A program made the translations under genes and the position numbers. Below, piece by piece: positions 61,007 to 64,000 of a stretch of 64,000 nucleotides of DNA. The notes below the pieces were generated by a model. That model saw only the letters and a list, made by a program, of their open reading frames with translations. It made no database searches and was not told the DNA's origin. Where the stretch lies: the NCBI RefSeq assembly GCF_009914755.1, contig NC_060948.1; one strand, written 5' to 3'. Numbering within the stretch: position 1 is the stretch's first letter; every line of letters begins with the position of its first letter. Origin of the DNA: the human T2T-CHM13v2.0 reference genome, Homo sapiens.

Positions 61007-63129
61007 AGATCCATATTTTTTAAATGAAAAAAAATTTCAAAGGTACTCTGCTTGGTACAATAATCAAATGTATAAACTGAGGAATAAAACATAACCATGA
61101 AACCTACTTATAACTGCATATGGAAAATACAGAGGATAATTTTTTAAATAACATATTTTGAAAGCCTTAACTAGTAATTTGAAGAGTTGGCATTTGAAAG
61201 GCCAGTATGAATATACCTTCAAAGCAGCAACACAGGTTCCCCATGAGAAAAAGCAAACACAGGGAAAATAAAAACACAAAGGTTCAATCTCTTCTGACCT
61301 TTGAAAGACACAGCACAGACAGTGGTCCTTAGGACGAAGAGCAGGAGACCCCTAATTCCGTCACCATGGCGATAGGGCATAAACATTGCTGGGTGAGGGC
61401 ACAATCCAAATTGTGAGGTCCAACTGCTGCCAGGAAGACAGGAGTGCTTTTACATAGACCGAAAGGTCATTGAAGGCTCAGAGTTTTGTTTCAAGAACTG
61501 AATCCCAAGCCCACACGTTATTAGGCTGCGCTTCTTAAAACAAGTTATGAGATGGGAAAAAGGGCACCCACAAACATACGTATACATTATGTATATAAAA
61601 ATATACAGTATCATATATATAATATATATAACCTATGTATAATATTGTTTTACATCCTGCTTCCTATGTTATATATATTGTATAAAATATAATAATTGAT
61701 AATATTTAAGTTTTATAATTATACAATATGACATATAGTATATATTATAATTTATGACATATATAATATATGTTATATATCATATATAGAATATATTATA
61801 CGGTTAATATACGTATTAAATATAAATTATACATTATATATATTATATATAATATATCTGTTATATATAATACCCATTATGCATAATATATATATTATGT
61901 CTATGTTATATATAGTATAAAACAACATATAATAATATATAATTGTATATATAAAATGCGACATATAATATATATTATATTTTATAACATATGTAATATA
62001 TATTATATATAATACGTTGTATGTATAATACCTATATTAAATATATATTATATGACTATGTTATTAATTACATGTCACATGTGTTATATATTATATATTT
62101 TACATAGAATATACCGGTTACATACAATATATACTATGTTACCTATAATGTATAATTTATTACATGTAAAATAAAGAATGCAATATATTATGTATAATTT
62201 ATAATATACAATATGTGGAATGTGATATATGTAACATATAATATATGATATATGATATACAGTATATGATATATAACATACAATATATGATTCCTAATAT
62301 ATATGGTATACAATATATATTTTATGATATGTATTCTATATGTTTTATATTCTGTTATATATAACTATTTGAAATTATATATAACTGTATAATATTTTAT
62401 GTAAATATGTAATATAATATATATAACTATATAATATATTATATATAACTATATATTATGTTATATATACTTTTATAAAATAATTTACATGAAATATCAT
62501 AATATAATATATATTATAATATTTCATATTACATAATATATATTACATATCACCCAATATAACTAACATACATAATATTATAATATAGATTATATTATGT
62601 TGTATTAAATATCATATATATCATGTATCATATATTCTATAATATATATTACACATTATATAATATGTATGTTGTCTATTATGTGATATATATAACTATA
62701 TATATAATTATATTTTTATACATATAACTAGATAAACATGTAATTCTACATATTTTCATTTATAATATGTAGAATTATATAATCATATATAATTATTTAT
62801 ATTCTATAAAAAATTTTATCATTATATAAATTATAATATATACAAATTATAATATGTACTACAAATATATATATATTATATATCATATATGATATAGTAC
62901 CTTTGTTATATATCATAATACATATAAATGTGTATTATGTTATCTATAATTATATAATTTCATATATAAGATGTATAATATGTATCATATATTATATATG
63001 TTATGTAATATATATAGTATATATAAGATGACACAGGATAAATATTATATACTATGACATAAAAAATATATGAGGTTATATGTTACATATAAGGCATAGC
63101 ACATGACATGTAATATATATCATATATAA

Positions 63130-63421
63130 TTTTTTTTTAGACAGAATCTTGTCCTGTGGCACAGGGTGGGGTACAATGGCGCCATCTTTGCTCACTGCAA
63201 CTTCTGCCTCACGGGTCCAAGCGATTGTCCTCCCTCAGCCTCCCAGGTAGCTGGGACTACACCACACTGGGACTACACCAACTGCCACCATGCCTAGCTA
63301 ATTTTTTGGATTTTTAGTAGTGACAGCGTTTCACTGTATTGGCCAGGATGGTCTTGATCTCTTCACCTTGTGATCCCCTTGCCTTGGCCTCCAAATTTGC
63401 TGGGATTACAGGCCTGAGCCA
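63130..63421 (-). mobile_element. Alu (unit 27), A alleles
   Basis: Same Alu copy. Confidence 0.95.
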
Positions 63422-64000
63422 AGATCCATATTTTTTAAATGAAAAAAAATTTCAAAGGTACTCTGCTTGGTACAATAATCAAATGTATAAACTGAGGAAT
63501 AAAACATAACCATGAAACCTACTTATAACTGCATATGGAAAATACAGAGGATAATTTTTTAAATAACATATTTTGAAAGCCTTAACTAGTAATTTGAAGA
63601 GTTGGCATTTGAAAGGCCAGTATGAATATACCTTCAAAGCAGCAACACAGGTTCCCCATGAGAAAAAGCAAACACAGGGAAAATAAAAACACAAAGGTTC
63701 AATCTCTTCTGACCTTTGAAAGACACAGCACAGACAGTGGTCCTTAGGACGAAGAGCAGGAGACCCCTAATTCCGTCACCATGGCGATAGGGTATAAACA
63801 TTGCTGGGTGAGGGCACAATCCACATTGTGAGGTCCAACTGCTGCCAGGAAGACAGGAGTGCTTTTACATAGACGGAAAGGTCATTGAAGGCTCAGAGTT
63901 TTGTTTCAAGAACTGAATCCCAATCCCACACGTGATTAGGCTGCGCTTCTTAAAACAAGTTATGAGATGGGAAAAAGGGCACCCACAAACATACGTATAC

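Overview
The whole 64 kb window is one head-to-tail tandem array of a ~2.41-2.42 kb composite satellite: 26 full periods, 27 Alu copies, all in the same orientation. On the + strand each unit is (i) a ~290 bp antisense Alu lacking its first ~12 nt, (ii) a ~570 bp moderately GC-containing segment (the part usually labelled HSATI), and (iii) a ~1.55 kb degenerate TA-rich domain. This layout, the unit length and a predicted 2146 bp HaeIII fragment match human DYZ2/HSat1B, typical of Yq12 heterochromatin; smaller related arrays occur on acrocentric short arms. I find no credible protein-coding gene, RNA gene or CRISPR array; the repeated 61-71 aa ORFs are by-products of the repeat. I do not see a new biological system. 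The second-level signal is the array's internal history: two sequence subfamilies in alternating blocks with mid-unit switch points, an exact 7257 bp (3-unit) higher-order duplication, sister units at several other offsets, a 2413 bp length class caused by a 7 bp deletion, and features of the founder Alu (candidate TSD and L1 endonuclease site, AluSc-like diagnostics, an internal 16 bp duplication, a retained B-box). Unit n is numbered from the nth Alu poly-T. All comparisons were made by eye.
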